A stretch of 64,000 nucleotides of DNA from Rhodospirillales bacterium (GTDB lineage Bacteria; Pseudomonadota; Alphaproteobacteria; Rhodospirillales; UBA2165): positions 15,885 through 79,884 of the forward strand of contig JAJECC010000099.1 of assembly GCA_022822205.1 (NCBI GenBank), written 5' to 3'. Every line of letters begins with the position of its first letter. Position 1 is the stretch's first letter. Below, in pieces: positions 1 to 8,350 of this stretch. Both the position numbers and the translations under genes were made by a program. The notes below the pieces were generated by a model. That model ran no database searches and was not told the DNA's origin. It saw only the letters and a program-made list of their open reading frames with translations.

Positions 1-2
1 TC

Positions 3-74
3 GACGGCGAAGCGGCGCTCGCCATGTACAAGTCGGAGATCAAGAAGATCGAAGCGGCGACCATGAAGAAATAG
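3..74 (+). CDS. 3' end of a CDS entering from upstream; possibly the TRAP solute-binding subunit (positional guess)
   Basis: The frame is open from the window edge (...DGEAALAMYKSEIKKIEAATMKK) to TAG at 72-74. It ends 41 nt before DctQ/DctM-type genes. Only 23 aa are visible. Confidence 0.35.
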   Translation, partial: DGEAALAMYKSEIKKIEAATMKK

Positions 75-115
75 GCCGTTTGTCGGCCAAGCCGTCAGGC
101 CCCGGCGCTGAGTAA

Positions 116-625
116 ATGACCTTCGCCGAAAACTACGCCCGGTTCCGCAAACCCGCGGGCCGGGCGTTGGCCCTGTTTGCCGCGGTCACCCTGTTCGTGA
201 TCATGTGGCTGACGGTGATCGATGTGGTCACCCGCGGGGTGTTCAACATCTCCATCGTCGGCCTGTTCGAGGTGGTCGAAATCCTGATGGGTATCCTGGT
301 GTTCGCCGGGGTGCCCATCATCACCGCCAATGACGGCCACGTCTCGGTGACGCTGCTGGACAACGTGATCCCGCCATTCTGGCGGGTGGTCCAGCGGGTC
401 GCGGTGAACAGCGTCTGCACGGTCATTCTCGCCATCTTCGCCTGGCGGCTTTGGGACGTGGCCGGCAAGCTTGCGGGCTACAACGACGTGACCCTGTTCC
501 TCAACGTGCCCCTGGCGCCGGTGGCGTACTTCATGGCGGTGATGACGGCCTTGAGCGTTCCCATTCAGGGCGCCTATATCCTCGTGCCGCCGCCGGAACA
601 TGACGATCAGCCGGAGAGCATCTGA
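116..625 (+). CDS. TRAP transporter small permease (DctQ family)
   Basis: 169 aa from ATG 116, with about 4 hydrophobic helices. A 3-nt gap separates it from a DctM-type gene. Size and context are typical of DctQ. Confidence 0.75.
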   Translation: MTFAENYARFRKPAGRALALFAAVTLFVIMWLTVIDVVTRGVFNISIVGLFEVVEILMGILVFAGVPIITANDGHVSVTLLDNVIPPFWRVVQRVAVNSVCTVILAIFAWRLWDVAGKLAGYNDVTLFLNVPLAPVAYFMAVMTALSVPIQGAYILVPPPEHDDQPESI

Positions 626-628
626 TCC

Positions 629-1921
629 ATGGTCGACGCGCTGGTCATTTTCGCCATCCTGATCGGGCTCCTGTTCCTGCGGCTGCCCGTGGCGTTCGCC
701 ATGGCCGGGGTCGGCATCGTCGGCTTCGCCTATTACGTCAGCTGGCCGGGGACGCTGTCGATGATCGGACGGCTCGCCTTCGATACCGCCCAATCGTCGG
801 AATTGTCGGTGATCCCCCTGTTCGTGCTGATGGGCAATTTCATTACCCGGGCCGGACTGGCGGATGAGCTCTACACCGCCGCCTATTCGTGGATCGGCCA
901 CAAGCGGGGCGGGCTCGCCATGGCGACCATCATTTCCTGCGGCGGGTTCTCGGCGGTGTGCGGCTCGTCGGTGGCGACGGCGGCCACCATGGCCAAGGTG
1001 GCCATGCCGCCCATGCGCCGGTTCCACTACGCCGATACGCTGGCCACGGGCGCCATCGCCGCCGGCGGCACGCTCGGCATCTTGATTCCGCCCAGCGTCA
1101 TCCTGGTGCTCTACGGCATCATGACGTCCACCGACATCGGGGCGCTGTTCATCGCCGGCATCATCCCCGGTATCCTGGGAATCGTCGGGTACAACATCGC
1201 CATTGCCATCATCACGCGGCTAAAACCCGAGATCGGCCCGCCCGGCGAAGTGACGCCCTGGGCCACGCGGTGGAAGGCGCTGTCCCAGGTGTGGGGCGTG
1301 CTGCTGCTTTTCCTGCTGGTCATCGGCGGCATCTATGTGGGCTTCTTCACGCCGACCGAAGCCGCGGGCGTCGGCGCCGCCGGCGCGTTTTTGTTCGCCT
1401 GGGCGCGGGGCAGACTCACCTGGAAGACCCTGTTTCAGCAATTGTCCGACGCCGCCCAAACCACCGCCATGCTGTTCTTCATTCTCATCGGGGCGCTGAT
1501 CTTCTCCAATCTGATGAACGAGACCGGCATGCCCGAGACGCTGGGCGGCTGGGTCACCGGCCTCGACACCCATCCGCTGGTGGTGGTTTTCGCCATCATG
1601 TTGATCTATATCGGCCTCGGCGCCGTGCTGGACAGCATCGCCATGATCCTGCTGACCATCCCGCTGTTCTTTCCGGTGGTGCTGTCCCTTGAGCTTGACC
1701 CCGTTTGGTTCGGCATCATCGTCGTCGTGGTGACCGAGATCAGCCTGATCACGCCGCCCGTGGGCATGAACATATTCGTCCTCAATACCGTGCTCCGGGA
1801 TGTGGGCACCGGCACCATCTTCCGGGGCGTCACGCCATTCTGGATGGCGGACATGGTGCGGCTCACGGTGCTGGTGCTGTTTCCGACGATTACGCTCATT
1901 CTGCCGTCGCTGATGGGTTAA
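629..1921 (+). CDS. TRAP transporter large permease (DctM family)
   Basis: 430-aa polytopic membrane protein directly after the DctQ-like gene. Length and composition fit DctM. Confidence 0.85.
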   Translation: MVDALVIFAILIGLLFLRLPVAFAMAGVGIVGFAYYVSWPGTLSMIGRLAFDTAQSSELSVIPLFVLMGNFITRAGLADELYTAAYSWIGHKRGGLAMATIISCGGFSAVCGSSVATAATMAKVAMPPMRRFHYADTLATGAIAAGGTLGILIPPSVILVLYGIMTSTDIGALFIAGIIPGILGIVGYNIAIAIITRLKPEIGPPGEVTPWATRWKALSQVWGVLLLFLLVIGGIYVGFFTPTEAAGVGAAGAFLFAWARGRLTWKTLFQQLSDAAQTTAMLFFILIGALIFSNLMNETGMPETLGGWVTGLDTHPLVVVFAIMLIYIGLGAVLDSIAMILLTIPLFFPVVLSLELDPVWFGIIVVVVTEISLITPPVGMNIFVLNTVLRDVGTGTIFRGVTPFWMADMVRLTVLVLFPTITLILPSLMG

Positions 1922-1958
1922 GCTACGAATAAACGCCTTGGGAGAAGGGAGGTCTTCT

Positions 1959-2813
1959 ATGCCGACACTCAATGACATCTTCATCATCAACTCAAACACC
2001 GCCGACGCCGTCGAGGTGCCGTCGGGCAGGGAGCGGACGCTGTGCGGCGACGCGCTCTGCGGCTCCAGGAACCTGACGGTCATCCGGCGCACCGTGTCGG
2101 ACGGCCGGACCTTTCACGTGGAGGCGGGCGGCGACGTTCACCTGCTCTATGTGATGGGCGGCGGCGGGTCCATTTCCCTCGGCGGCGAATCCGTGGCCGC
2201 CGAAGGGGGCGCCGGGGCCATGGTGACGCCCGGCGAGACGGCGGATTTCAGAGCCTCGGGGGGCGATCTCGAAATCCTCCACATGATCACGCCCAAGGCG
2301 CCCGCGGGGGTCGACGGCGATCTGCCCGGCGGGCCGGGCTACGTGTTCAATCGCGGCAAGCTCCGCCGTCTCAGCGATGCCAGCGGCGGGCGGGTGCGCC
2401 ACTTCTGCGCCGAGAGCACGGTGCGCCTGGGCGACGGCAGCCGGTTGACGCCGACCAACGCCATCCAGGCGGGCGAGATGCACTATCGCGACGGCGGCTC
2501 GTCGCCGTATCACCAGCATGTGGGCACCGAGGCCAATCCGCGCGGGCCCGACCACTGCTACATGACCTTCACGGGCCGCGGCAAGGTGGAGGTGGGCGAC
2601 GAGTCCCAGGAGCTCGAACCGGGCACCCTGGTCTATTTTCCGCCAAGCGTCCCTCATCGCCTGAGGGCGCTGGACGGTCCGCTCGACTATTTCGAGATCC
2701 AGGCCTGGCGGAGCTTCAAGACCAATGTCCTGAGCGAGGAGGAGCTTGGCCTGAAGTGGTACTACGACGCCGAGACGGAGGGCGGCGAGCGGGCCGAGTG
2801 GGATCAGAGTTGA
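1959..2813 (+). CDS. bicupin-domain protein, function unknown
   Basis: The track ORF is 1938-2813. I prefer ATG 1959 because GGGAGG lies at 1947-1952. The C-terminal half has a cupin signature (SPYHQHVG...GTLVYFPPSVPHRL). The N-terminal half is also cupin-like. Confidence 0.6.
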   Translation: MPTLNDIFIINSNTADAVEVPSGRERTLCGDALCGSRNLTVIRRTVSDGRTFHVEAGGDVHLLYVMGGGGSISLGGESVAAEGGAGAMVTPGETADFRASGGDLEILHMITPKAPAGVDGDLPGGPGYVFNRGKLRRLSDASGGRVRHFCAESTVRLGDGSRLTPTNAIQAGEMHYRDGGSSPYHQHVGTEANPRGPDHCYMTFTGRGKVEVGDESQELEPGTLVYFPPSVPHRLRALDGPLDYFEIQAWRSFKTNVLSEEELGLKWYYDAETEGGERAEWDQS

Positions 2814-2889
2814 CCCGCGGCCTCGGATAACGTCAGCGCTCGCGTTTCAGAATCATTAATCCTATTATGGCGTGATTCTATAAGTTGGA

Positions 2890-3579
2890 GTGCGCCCGCT
2901 GTTGGACGAAGCTCAGAATCAGCCTGCATATACGATTGCCGAGGCCGCACGCTATGTTCGTTTGCCGGCCGCGACGCTGCGCTCGTGGATGTTTGGCCGC
3001 AAGTACCCGAAAACTGAGGGTACAGGTCGATTTCATCCGCTTCTGGAACCGGCATTGGTTCAACCGCCGCTCCTTTCATTCTCGAATTTGATTGAGGCGC
3101 ATGTGCTCAGGGCGCTCCGGAACGAACACGGTGTCTCGGTCCAGGCGGTTAGGGCCTCGATCAAGTACGCCGAGCGTCAGTTGGAGATTTCCAGACTATT
3201 GCTTCGTCCTGAATTGCGTGCCGGCGCGGGTCGAGTCTTCCTGGAGCGATACGGCGAATTGATCGAACTATCCGCATCGGGCCAACTTGCCATGCGTGAG
3301 GTATTCGACCGGCACTTGGCGCGAATCGAGTGGGATTCGAGGGACATTCCTACTCGATTATTTCCATTTGTGTCCGCTAGTTCACCGACGGACGACAGGC
3401 CGATTGTTATCGATCCGCGGATCGCATTCGGGCGGCCCGTCATTTTGAGCACGGGTGTCTCAACTTCCGCCATCGTGGAGCGTATCGATGCAGACGAATC
3501 AATGGAGGAGGTGGCCGCGGACTACGACCTCGACGTAAGAGAGGTAAAACAAGCACTCGTGTATGAGTTGGCAGCTTGA
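2890..3579 (+). CDS. HTH + DUF433-type protein (antitoxin-like)
   Basis: 229 aa. The N-terminus has a MerR/excisionase-like HTH (YTIAEAARYVRLPAATLRSWM). The C-terminus is DUF433-like (DPRIAFGRPVI..TGVSTSAIVERIDADESMEEVAADYDL). The start is GTG 2890 or the in-frame TTG 2902. The region is AT-richer than its flanks. Confidence 0.6.
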   Translation: MRPLLDEAQNQPAYTIAEAARYVRLPAATLRSWMFGRKYPKTEGTGRFHPLLEPALVQPPLLSFSNLIEAHVLRALRNEHGVSVQAVRASIKYAERQLEISRLLLRPELRAGAGRVFLERYGELIELSASGQLAMREVFDRHLARIEWDSRDIPTRLFPFVSASSPTDDRPIVIDPRIAFGRPVILSTGVSTSAIVERIDADESMEEVAADYDLDVREVKQALVYELAA

Positions 3580-3993
3580 GTTCCGTTTATTTTACGGATC
3601 GTGACCTCGGAAATCAGTTTCCCGGAATCCTGAAATCGGCTGGGCTGAACGTGGAACAACACAAGGACCACTTCGCTCCTGATGCCCGCGATGAGGACTG
3701 GCTTGGGACAGTAGGTTCCCGGGGGGTGGATTGCCCTGACACATGATCGGCGAATTCGCTACAAGCCCAATGAACGTGACGCGGTTATGCGTAATGGTGT
3801 GGCGCTCCTGGTACTCGTCGGTAAGGCCAAGCACTCTGAATTGGCTGATGGGTTTATCGCGACATTGCCGAAAATTGAGCAATTTCTTGAGAGACACTCG
3901 CCGCCCTATATCGCGAAGGTCTATCGTCCTTCGCCGCCTAACGCGAAAGGCAGAGGAACAGGACCCGGCAGCATAGAACTCTGGTATCCATGA
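3576..3993 (+). pseudogene. PIN-like (DUF5615 / Mut7-C-type) toxin-like gene interrupted by a +1 frameshift in a G6 run
   Basis: Frame 3 starts at TTG 3576, overlapping the upstream stop as TTGA. It reads SSVYFTDRDLGNQFPGILKSAGLNVEQHKDHFAPDARDEDWLGTVGSRG and stops at TGA 3744-3746. Frame 1 opens at 3715 and continues WIALTHDRRIRYKPNERDAVMRNGVALLVLVGKAK... to TGA 3991-3993. Deleting one G from 3721-3726 gives a single 138-aa ORF. Confidence 0.55.
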
Positions 3994-4601
3994 CCCCGGA
4001 ATTCCTCATTACCTCGATGATCGTCATCCTGCTGCCCGGGACCGGCGTGATCTACACCCTGGCCTACGGGCTGGGGCAGGGCCTGCGCGCCAGCATCATC
4101 GCGGCTTTCGGCTGCACGCTTGGGATCGTGCCCCATATCGCGGCGGGCGTTTTGGGGCTGGCCGCGCTGCTGCACGCATCCGCCGTCGCCTTCCAGGCGG
4201 TCAAAATTCTGGGCGTGCTCTACCTGCTCTACATGGCCTGGGGGATTTTGCGCGAAGGCGGCGCGCTGTCCGTCCCCGAAAACAGAACCTCGACCCCGGC
4301 CCTCTGGATCGTCACCAACGGCATCCTGGTGAATCTGCTGAACCCGAAGCTGTCGCTGTTCTTCCTCGCCTTCCTGCCCCAGTTCGTGCCGGCGGGGACG
4401 GCCGGCCCGACGGCGCTGATGCTGTGGCTCGGCGCCGTGTTCATGTTTCTCACGTTCGTGGTGTTTGCCGTCTACGGCGCCTTCGCCAGCGCGGCCCGCA
4501 CCTACGTGATCTCGAAACCGGGCGTCATGAAGTGGCTGCGGGGCGGGTTCGCCGCCGCGTTCGCCCTGCTCGGCCTGCGTCTCGCGTTGTCGGATGGATA
4601 A
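3990..4601 (+). CDS. LysE/RhtB family amino-acid exporter
   Basis: 203 aa with about 6 TM segments. The N-terminal motif ILLPGTGVIYTLAYGL is typical of the LysE family. Its ATG overlaps the preceding stop (ATGA). Confidence 0.8.
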   Translation: MTPEFLITSMIVILLPGTGVIYTLAYGLGQGLRASIIAAFGCTLGIVPHIAAGVLGLAALLHASAVAFQAVKILGVLYLLYMAWGILREGGALSVPENRTSTPALWIVTNGILVNLLNPKLSLFFLAFLPQFVPAGTAGPTALMLWLGAVFMFLTFVVFAVYGAFASAARTYVISKPGVMKWLRGGFAAAFALLGLRLALSDG

Positions 4602-4676
4602 ATAACCGGGAGAGCTCCATGCGCGTCTCGCCGTTTTCCCAGGGACCACTCGAAGAGCAGGGCGCCGGTACGAAAA

Positions 4677-4701
4677 CGGCGGCTTCCGGTGGAAGCCGCC
4701 G
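4677..4701. terminator. bidirectional stem-loop between convergent genes
   Basis: Perfect 11-bp stem: CGGCGGCTTCC, loop GGT, GGAAGCCGCCG. The minus-strand reading is followed by TTTTCG. The plus-strand reading is followed by a T-rich stretch (GGTTTGGATTTT). Confidence 0.6.
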
Positions 4702-4725
4702 CTGCGGTTTGGATTTTCCGAAACT

Positions 4726-5637
4726 TTAGGCCAAGTGCTGCTTGAACCAGGCGACGGTCCGGTCCCAGGCGATCTTGGCCTGCGCCTCGACGTAGCGGGG
4801 CGTCGAGTTGTTGTGGAAGCCGTGCCGGGTGCCCGGATAGACGTGGCTCACGAAGGTCTTGTTGTTGGCCTTCAGGGCCGCCTCGAAATCCGCCTTCATG
4901 GCGTTGATCCGGGGATCGTTCTCGGCGTACTGGATCATCAGCGGCGCCTGGATTTTCGGCACGTCCGCCGTGTTGGCGGCCCGGCCGTAGAACGGCACGC
5001 CGGCCTGCAGATCCTTGCCGAGCCGCACGGCCATGTTGTTGACCACGCCGCCGCCGTAGCAGAAGCCCGTCGCGCCCAACTTGCCGGTCGACAGGGAATG
5101 GGTTTTGAGGAACTTGGCGCTGTTCAGCATATCGGTCATCAGCTTGCCCCGGTCGAGGGAGCGCTGCATGACCTTGCCGTCATCGTCGTTGCCCGGATAG
5201 CCGCCGATGGGGGAGAGCCCGTCGGGCGCCAGGGCGACGAAGCCGGCGACGGCCGCGCGGCGCGCGACGTCTTCGATATGCGGGTTGAGGCCGCGGTTTT
5301 CGTGGATCACCACCACCGACGGGAAGGGGCCGTCGCCCGCCGGCCGCACGAGGTAGCCGCGCATTTTGCCCGAGGTGCCGCCGGGGGAATCGTAGTCCAC
5401 ATATTTGGCTTTGATCCGCCTGTCGGTGAACATGATCATGTTCGCCTTGGCGTAATCGGGCAGCAGCGCCCGGGCCATGGCGAGGCCGGAGCCGCCGATC
5501 ACCGCGATCGCCGCCGCCCGGTCCAGGAACTCGCGCCGGGTCATGCCGGTATGGCAGTACCGGTCGTAAAGGTCGAAGACCCGAGGATCGATATCCTCAT
5601 AGGCGTATTCGGTTTTCTCAGGATGATGGGTGTCCAT
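4726..5637 (-). CDS. dienelactone hydrolase family protein with Tat-type signal
   Basis: 303 aa. Twin-arginine region TRREFLDRAAAIAVIGGSGLAMA. DLH-type nucleophile elbow GFCYGGG. Confidence 0.75.
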   Translation of the reverse strand: MDTHHPEKTEYAYEDIDPRVFDLYDRYCHTGMTRREFLDRAAAIAVIGGSGLAMARALLPDYAKANMIMFTDRRIKAKYVDYDSPGGTSGKMRGYLVRPAGDGPFPSVVVIHENRGLNPHIEDVARRAAVAGFVALAPDGLSPIGGYPGNDDDGKVMQRSLDRGKLMTDMLNSAKFLKTHSLSTGKLGATGFCYGGGVVNNMAVRLGKDLQAGVPFYGRAANTADVPKIQAPLMIQYAENDPRINAMKADFEAALKANNKTFVSHVYPGTRHGFHNNSTPRYVEAQAKIAWDRTVAWFKQHLA

Positions 5638-5833
5638 GAATTATTCCCTCCCGCGTGGAATGAACAAATGAATAACGCTTAATCAACCGACATCGGTCGC
5701 TGAATTATAGTCCCGCCATCCGTCCGTCCGACATCAACTTTCGGTCCGCTCTTGCTCAACTTTTCGGGAGGCTGCCGCTGCCGGGGTGCCTGGCTCCCCG
5801 GGGGAAAAGGCTGTACCCTCGGGTAAAATAATA

Positions 5834-5849
5834 TAATGTTATAACATAA
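5834..5849. promoter_or_regulatory. Zur-box-like palindrome overlapping a TATAAT -10 element
   Basis: ATGTTATAACAT (5836-5847) is a perfect 12-bp palindrome. TATAAT lies at 5832-5837. Both sit about 65-80 nt upstream of the folE ATG. Confidence 0.5.
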
Positions 5850-5858
5850 CTAGTCCAT

Positions 5859-5909
5859 GGCCGGCGGGCGCGAGCCCTTGAAGCCGGCCCTGATCAACAG
5901 AAAGGGCTC
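5859..5909 (+). promoter_or_regulatory. structured folE leader with two mutually exclusive hairpins (possible riboswitch or translational control)
   Basis: Hairpin A pairs GGCCGGC (5859-5865) with GCCGGCC (5883-5889), with an inner GGGC/GCCC stem. Hairpin B pairs GAGCCCTT (5872-5879) with AAGGGCTC (5902-5909). Hairpin B covers the SD-like AAGGG, 7 nt before ATG 5913. Confidence 0.3.
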
Positions 5910-5912
5910 GAC

Positions 5913-6566
5913 ATGGATGAGTTGGTCGGTGAGAGCCGGTCCGCCGGGTCGGCGGTTACGAGCTTGAGCGAGCGCCGGCGTCCCAGCCAATCGGAGGCCG
6001 AAGCCGCCGTCCGGACACTCATCGAGTGGGCCGGCGACGACCCGGACCGGGAAGGGCTGGTTGGCACGCCGGGGCGGGTTGCGCGCGCCTATAAGGAGTT
6101 CTTTGCCGGCTATCGGGAGGACCCGGCCGCCGTTCTCGGCACAACCTTCGAGGAAACCGAGGCGTATGACGAGATGATCGTTCTGCGGGACATCCGCCTC
6201 GAGTCCCACTGCGAGCATCATATCGTTCCCATTCTCGGCTCGGCGCATGTGGGTTATCTGCCGGCGGGGCGCGTCGTCGGCATTTCCAAGCTTGCGCGCC
6301 TCGTGGAGGTGTTTGCCAAACGCATGCAGATTCAGGAGGCCCTGACGGTGCAGATTGCCGATACCATCCAAGAGGTTCTCGAGCCCCGGGGGGTCGGCGT
6401 CGTCATCCGGGCGGCGCATCAATGCATGACCACGCGCGGGGTTCGGAAGCCGGGCGTGAGTATGGTGACCAGCCGTATGTTGGGATCGTTTCGCGATGAT
6501 CCATCCACCCGGCGGGAGTTCCTGTCGATGATCGGCGGCGACAGGGGACTTCCGAATGAGGGATGA
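5913..6566 (+). CDS. folE: GTP cyclohydrolase I, type IA (zinc-dependent)
   Basis: 217 aa. Motifs [21 protein letters not shown] and [11 protein letters not shown] match the Cys/His/Cys zinc ligands of FolE type I. Confidence 0.9.
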   Translation: MDELVGESRSAGSAVTSLSERRRPSQSEAEAAVRTLIEWAGDDPDREGLVGTPGRVARAYKEFFAGYREDPAAVLGTTFEETEAYDEMIVLRDIRLESHCEHHIVPILGSAHVGYLPAGRVVGISKLARLVEVFAKRMQIQEALTVQIADTIQEVLEPRGVGVVIRAAHQCMTTRGVRKPGVSMVTSRMLGSFRDDPSTRREFLSMIGGDRGLPNEG

Positions 6567-7284
6567 ATATGGCGCCGCCGCTGGTCCGGCGAACGACGCG
6601 GAGACCGCGGACGCCCGCGGAACGGGGCTAGTTGACCAGTCCGCGCCGCCCGCGGATGGGGTGGTCATGTGCCGCTCAAGGGACGGTCTCGCCGGCATCA
6701 ACGTCTCCGGCACGGAACTCGTGATCTGGCAGCGCGCGCTGCCCGAGGGTTTGCATGACTGGCTCGAACGGACGGATGCGGCGACCCTTCCGCATGTTCG
6801 TATTCTCGTCGAACCCGGTGACCTCCGGCCCGCTCTTGAACCGCTGCTGGACGAGTGCGGCCTGCCCGCGGACGACATGCGCGGCCTGCTGATCGACGAC
6901 ATCGGCGGCCTGGTCTCCGCGTTCGCCGGCATAACCGGCATCGGCCGCGTCGACGTGCGCCTGGAACGCATCAACCACGATTCCTGCTGGCGGTTTCACC
7001 GCGACACCGTGGAGACCCGCCTCGTGACGGCCTATCGCGGCCCGACGACGGAGTGGGTGCAACCGGCCGACGCCGACCGGGCGATCGGCGAGCAGAGGGA
7101 GTACGACGGTCCGTTGGAACGTCTCGGCGACCACGACGTTGCCGTCTTCAACGGCAAGTGGGCGGGCCCCGAGCGCGGAATCGTCCACCGCTCGCCGCCC
7201 ATCGCCGGGACGGGCATGACGCGATTGCTCCTTTGTCTCAACAAAAGGACGGTGGTGTCGCCGGAACCCTGGGTCAAAGCCTGA
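6556..7284 (+). CDS. DUF1826-like protein
   Basis: 242 aa, overlapping the folE stop by 11 nt. The block [24 protein letters not shown]...GIVHRSPP resembles the DUF1826 family as I recall it. Confidence 0.5.
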   Translation: MRDEYGAAAGPANDAETADARGTGLVDQSAPPADGVVMCRSRDGLAGINVSGTELVIWQRALPEGLHDWLERTDAATLPHVRILVEPGDLRPALEPLLDECGLPADDMRGLLIDDIGGLVSAFAGITGIGRVDVRLERINHDSCWRFHRDTVETRLVTAYRGPTTEWVQPADADRAIGEQREYDGPLERLGDHDVAVFNGKWAGPERGIVHRSPPIAGTGMTRLLLCLNKRTVVSPEPWVKA

Positions 7285-7365
7285 GGCCGGCAACCGCCCC
7301 GCGTCCGCTTCGCGTACAAATTTTCATCGAGCGACGGAACAAATGCCCCTTCCCGTTGAAGGGAC

Positions 7366-7959
7366 ATGATCGCGACTCTCAAGACCGTCCGGGACCACCC
7401 CTACACCTTCTGGGCGCTGCTGGCGCTCCCCGGCATTCCCATGACGGCCGCCCTGTCCCGCGGCGCCGGCGCCGAGGACCTGCTCCACCCCACGGGCGAG
7501 TTCGCGGCCCGGTTCATGATTATCGCCATGATGCTGACTCCGCTCCGGATGCTGTTTCCGCGCGCGCGCTGGCTCTCCTGGCTCAACCACCGCCGCCGGT
7601 ATCTGGGTGTCGCGGCGTTCGGCTATGCGCTCCTGCACACGGTCCTGTACGTCGTCGACATGCGGACCCTGGAGGCCATGGCCCGCGAGTTCTGGGCGAT
7701 CGGCATCTGGACCGGCTGGTTCGCGTTTTTCATTTTCATCCCCCTTGCGGCGACCAGCCACGACGGAGCCGTCCGGTTCCTGCGCCGGGGGTGGCAGTGG
7801 CTGCACCGCTGGGTCTATCCAGCCGCCGTCCTGACCCTGCTTCACTGGATTTTCGTTCACAACCATCTGGGCCCCGCGCTGGTGCATTTCGCGCCACTGG
7901 CCCTTCTGGAGGCTTACCGTCTGTTCCGAATCATGAAGCCGCGTCCAGTGGCCGCCTGA
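7366..7959 (+). CDS. MsrQ/YedZ-like ferric-reductase-type heme b membrane protein
   Basis: 197 aa with about 6 TM segments and conserved His positions (ALLHTVLY, LLHWIFVH). No msrP/yedY gene is adjacent. Confidence 0.65.
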   Translation: MIATLKTVRDHPYTFWALLALPGIPMTAALSRGAGAEDLLHPTGEFAARFMIIAMMLTPLRMLFPRARWLSWLNHRRRYLGVAAFGYALLHTVLYVVDMRTLEAMAREFWAIGIWTGWFAFFIFIPLAATSHDGAVRFLRRGWQWLHRWVYPAAVLTLLHWIFVHNHLGPALVHFAPLALLEAYRLFRIMKPRPVAA

Positions 7960-7995
7960 ACTCCCCATCACGCTTCAACACCCAAAAAGGACACC

Positions 7996-8301
7996 ATGAT
8001 CAAGAAAATCGTAATCGGAACCTTCGCCGCGGCGGTCTTGAGCCTGTCCGCGGGGCAGGCCGACGCCACCGGACGCATGACCTGCGAGTCGGGCGACCAA
8101 TCCACCTGGAAGACCCGGGAACAGCTGATCGAGAAGGTCAAATCCGAGGGCTGGCAGGTCCGCCGGATCAAGGTCGACGGCCGCTGCTACGAGCTCTACG
8201 GCACCACGCCGGAAGGCGACCGGGTCGAGGCCTATTTCCACCCCGTGACGCTGGAGAAACTCCTGGTCGCGCGGCGCGGTCAAATCCTGTTCCGGAAGTA
8301 G
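7996..8301 (+). CDS. small secreted PepSY-like protein
   Basis: 101 aa. Signal peptide MIKKIVIGTFAAAVLSLSAGQADA. The fold-like pattern W.V..I....G.YE..G......V..Y.. is typical of PepSY-type domains. Confidence 0.5.
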   Translation: MIKKIVIGTFAAAVLSLSAGQADATGRMTCESGDQSTWKTREQLIEKVKSEGWQVRRIKVDGRCYELYGTTPEGDRVEAYFHPVTLEKLLVARRGQILFRK

Positions 8302-8304
8302 CCG

Positions 8305-8338
8305 GAACCCGGCGCCGGGACCCCGTCGGCGCCGGTTC
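8305..8338. terminator. GC-rich hairpin between convergent genes
   Basis: GAACCCGGCGCCG ... CGGCGCCGGTTC form near-perfect arms. There is no clear U-tract. Confidence 0.35.
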
Positions 8339-8350
8339 GCCCGAATATCC

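Noticed and set aside
95-1027. 310-aa minus-strand ORF opposite the TRAP permease genes
   Set aside because: Its Arg/His/Gly/Pro-rich, low-complexity translation is typical of an antisense frame in high-GC DNA. The sense strand encodes clear DctQ/DctM proteins.
5850-6974. 374-aa minus-strand ORF spanning folE and the DUF1826-like gene
   Set aside because: It is antisense to two well-supported genes. The translation is Arg/Pro/Ser-rich and has no recognisable motif.
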